Assembly: GCF_009914755.1 (NCBI RefSeq)
Contig: NC_060933.1
Source of the DNA: the human T2T-CHM13v2.0 reference genome, Homo sapiens
Strand: one strand, 5' to 3'
Length of the DNA: 64,000 nucleotides
The position numbers and the translations under genes were made by a program. The notes below the pieces were generated by a model. It did no database searches. It was not told the DNA's origin and was given only the letters and a program-made list of their open reading frames with translations. Each line of letters begins with the position of its first letter. Position 1 is the first letter of the stretch. This document shows positions 63,131-64,000 of this stretch, piece after piece.

Positions 63131-64000
63131 GAGTCTCTGTCTTGAGGCCTTCCGCAAGCCCCTTCCATGCTAGGACTCAGTTTCCCCATGTGATCATTGA
63201 GGGTTTCATTTAACTCTCTAAGAACCCTTCTGGCTCTGCCATTCCGTGTATGTCTCAAATTGGAAGGGCTGTCCCTGATTCAAGATACTGGGCAGTTTCG
63301 CTGAAGACTTTGTCAGTGTGGACTTTTTAAGCCACTTACTGCATTTTGTTTCAGACAGGCTTTAAAATGATTTCAAGAAGCGTTTTCTAAACCTCACCTT
63401 AATCCTCATTCATCCCTTGCTTTTGTCCCTAGTAGTAGTTAATCACATTCCGCCGAGTTTTTGCATGCAGAATTTTTTGTTGTTTATATTTGCCCATTTT
63501 CTCTTTGTTCCCTAGTCCAGGCCCTCTTTGCTTCACATCTGGATTATTGCAACAGCTTCTAAGCTGGTCGCTGACTCCAGAGGTTCCCCCCTCCCCCATC
63601 CTTCCTTTATGCTAAAGCCAAACTTACTATAGGAAGTCAAAAAATAGTTGAGTGCTTGCTTGCTTATTAAATGGCAAGATGCTGTTCCATGTGGTGGGAA
63701 AGTAGTAGAAGGCACACTTACAGTCTCCAGGCAGCTTTACACAGGGTGCTGAGACATTACTTATGAAAAGGTAATTTTGATGAGACAAGGCTGTGTGCTG
63801 TAGAATTAAGAAGGAGAGATGGAGGTCACTGTAGGCCGAGTGGTTAGGGAGGGTTTAGTGAGGGGCGGGATTTGAGCCGGGTGTTAAAGGATGAGTAGCA
63901 TTCAGATAGGAAAAGAGGAATCAGGCCCAGTGATCCTATGGAGTTAGTGAATAGACCAGTCTCCTGGCAGAGAAGGGTTCATATAGGAGGGAAGTAGGAG

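Overview
Human (primate) genomic DNA, very Alu-rich. It contains the complete ZBTB43 gene on the + strand: CpG-island promoter and non-coding exon 1 (~6390-6514), 5'UTR exon 2 (10175-10297), and one large last exon (34227-~39950) carrying the whole 467-aa BTB/zinc-finger CDS and a ~4.3-kb 3'UTR. At the right end is a second CpG-island promoter and first exon (~62340-62468), which by recalled gene order (9q33.3) belongs to ZBTB34. The rest is mostly transposon-derived: dozens of Alus, old L1 fragments, a full-length Tigger1 with a nested MER30, MaLR LTRs and MIRs. Most striking observations: (1) the two promoters/first exons, 56 kb apart, are collinearly homologous, and both carry a minimal ATG-TGA start-stop uORF whose A lies exactly 24 nt before the splice donor; (2) the ZBTB43 leader is uORF-dense, with a second start-stop; (3) a perfect 15x30-bp tandem array of palindromic, E-box-containing units, with a second palindromic-unit minisatellite nearby; (4) a ~370-bp, ~98% identical inverted repeat around an 803-bp spacer; (5) a tailless 29-nt U6 retrocopy with TSD; (6) a fold-back Alu whose arms share private variants. 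All coordinates were read by eye; repeat boundaries are approximate.
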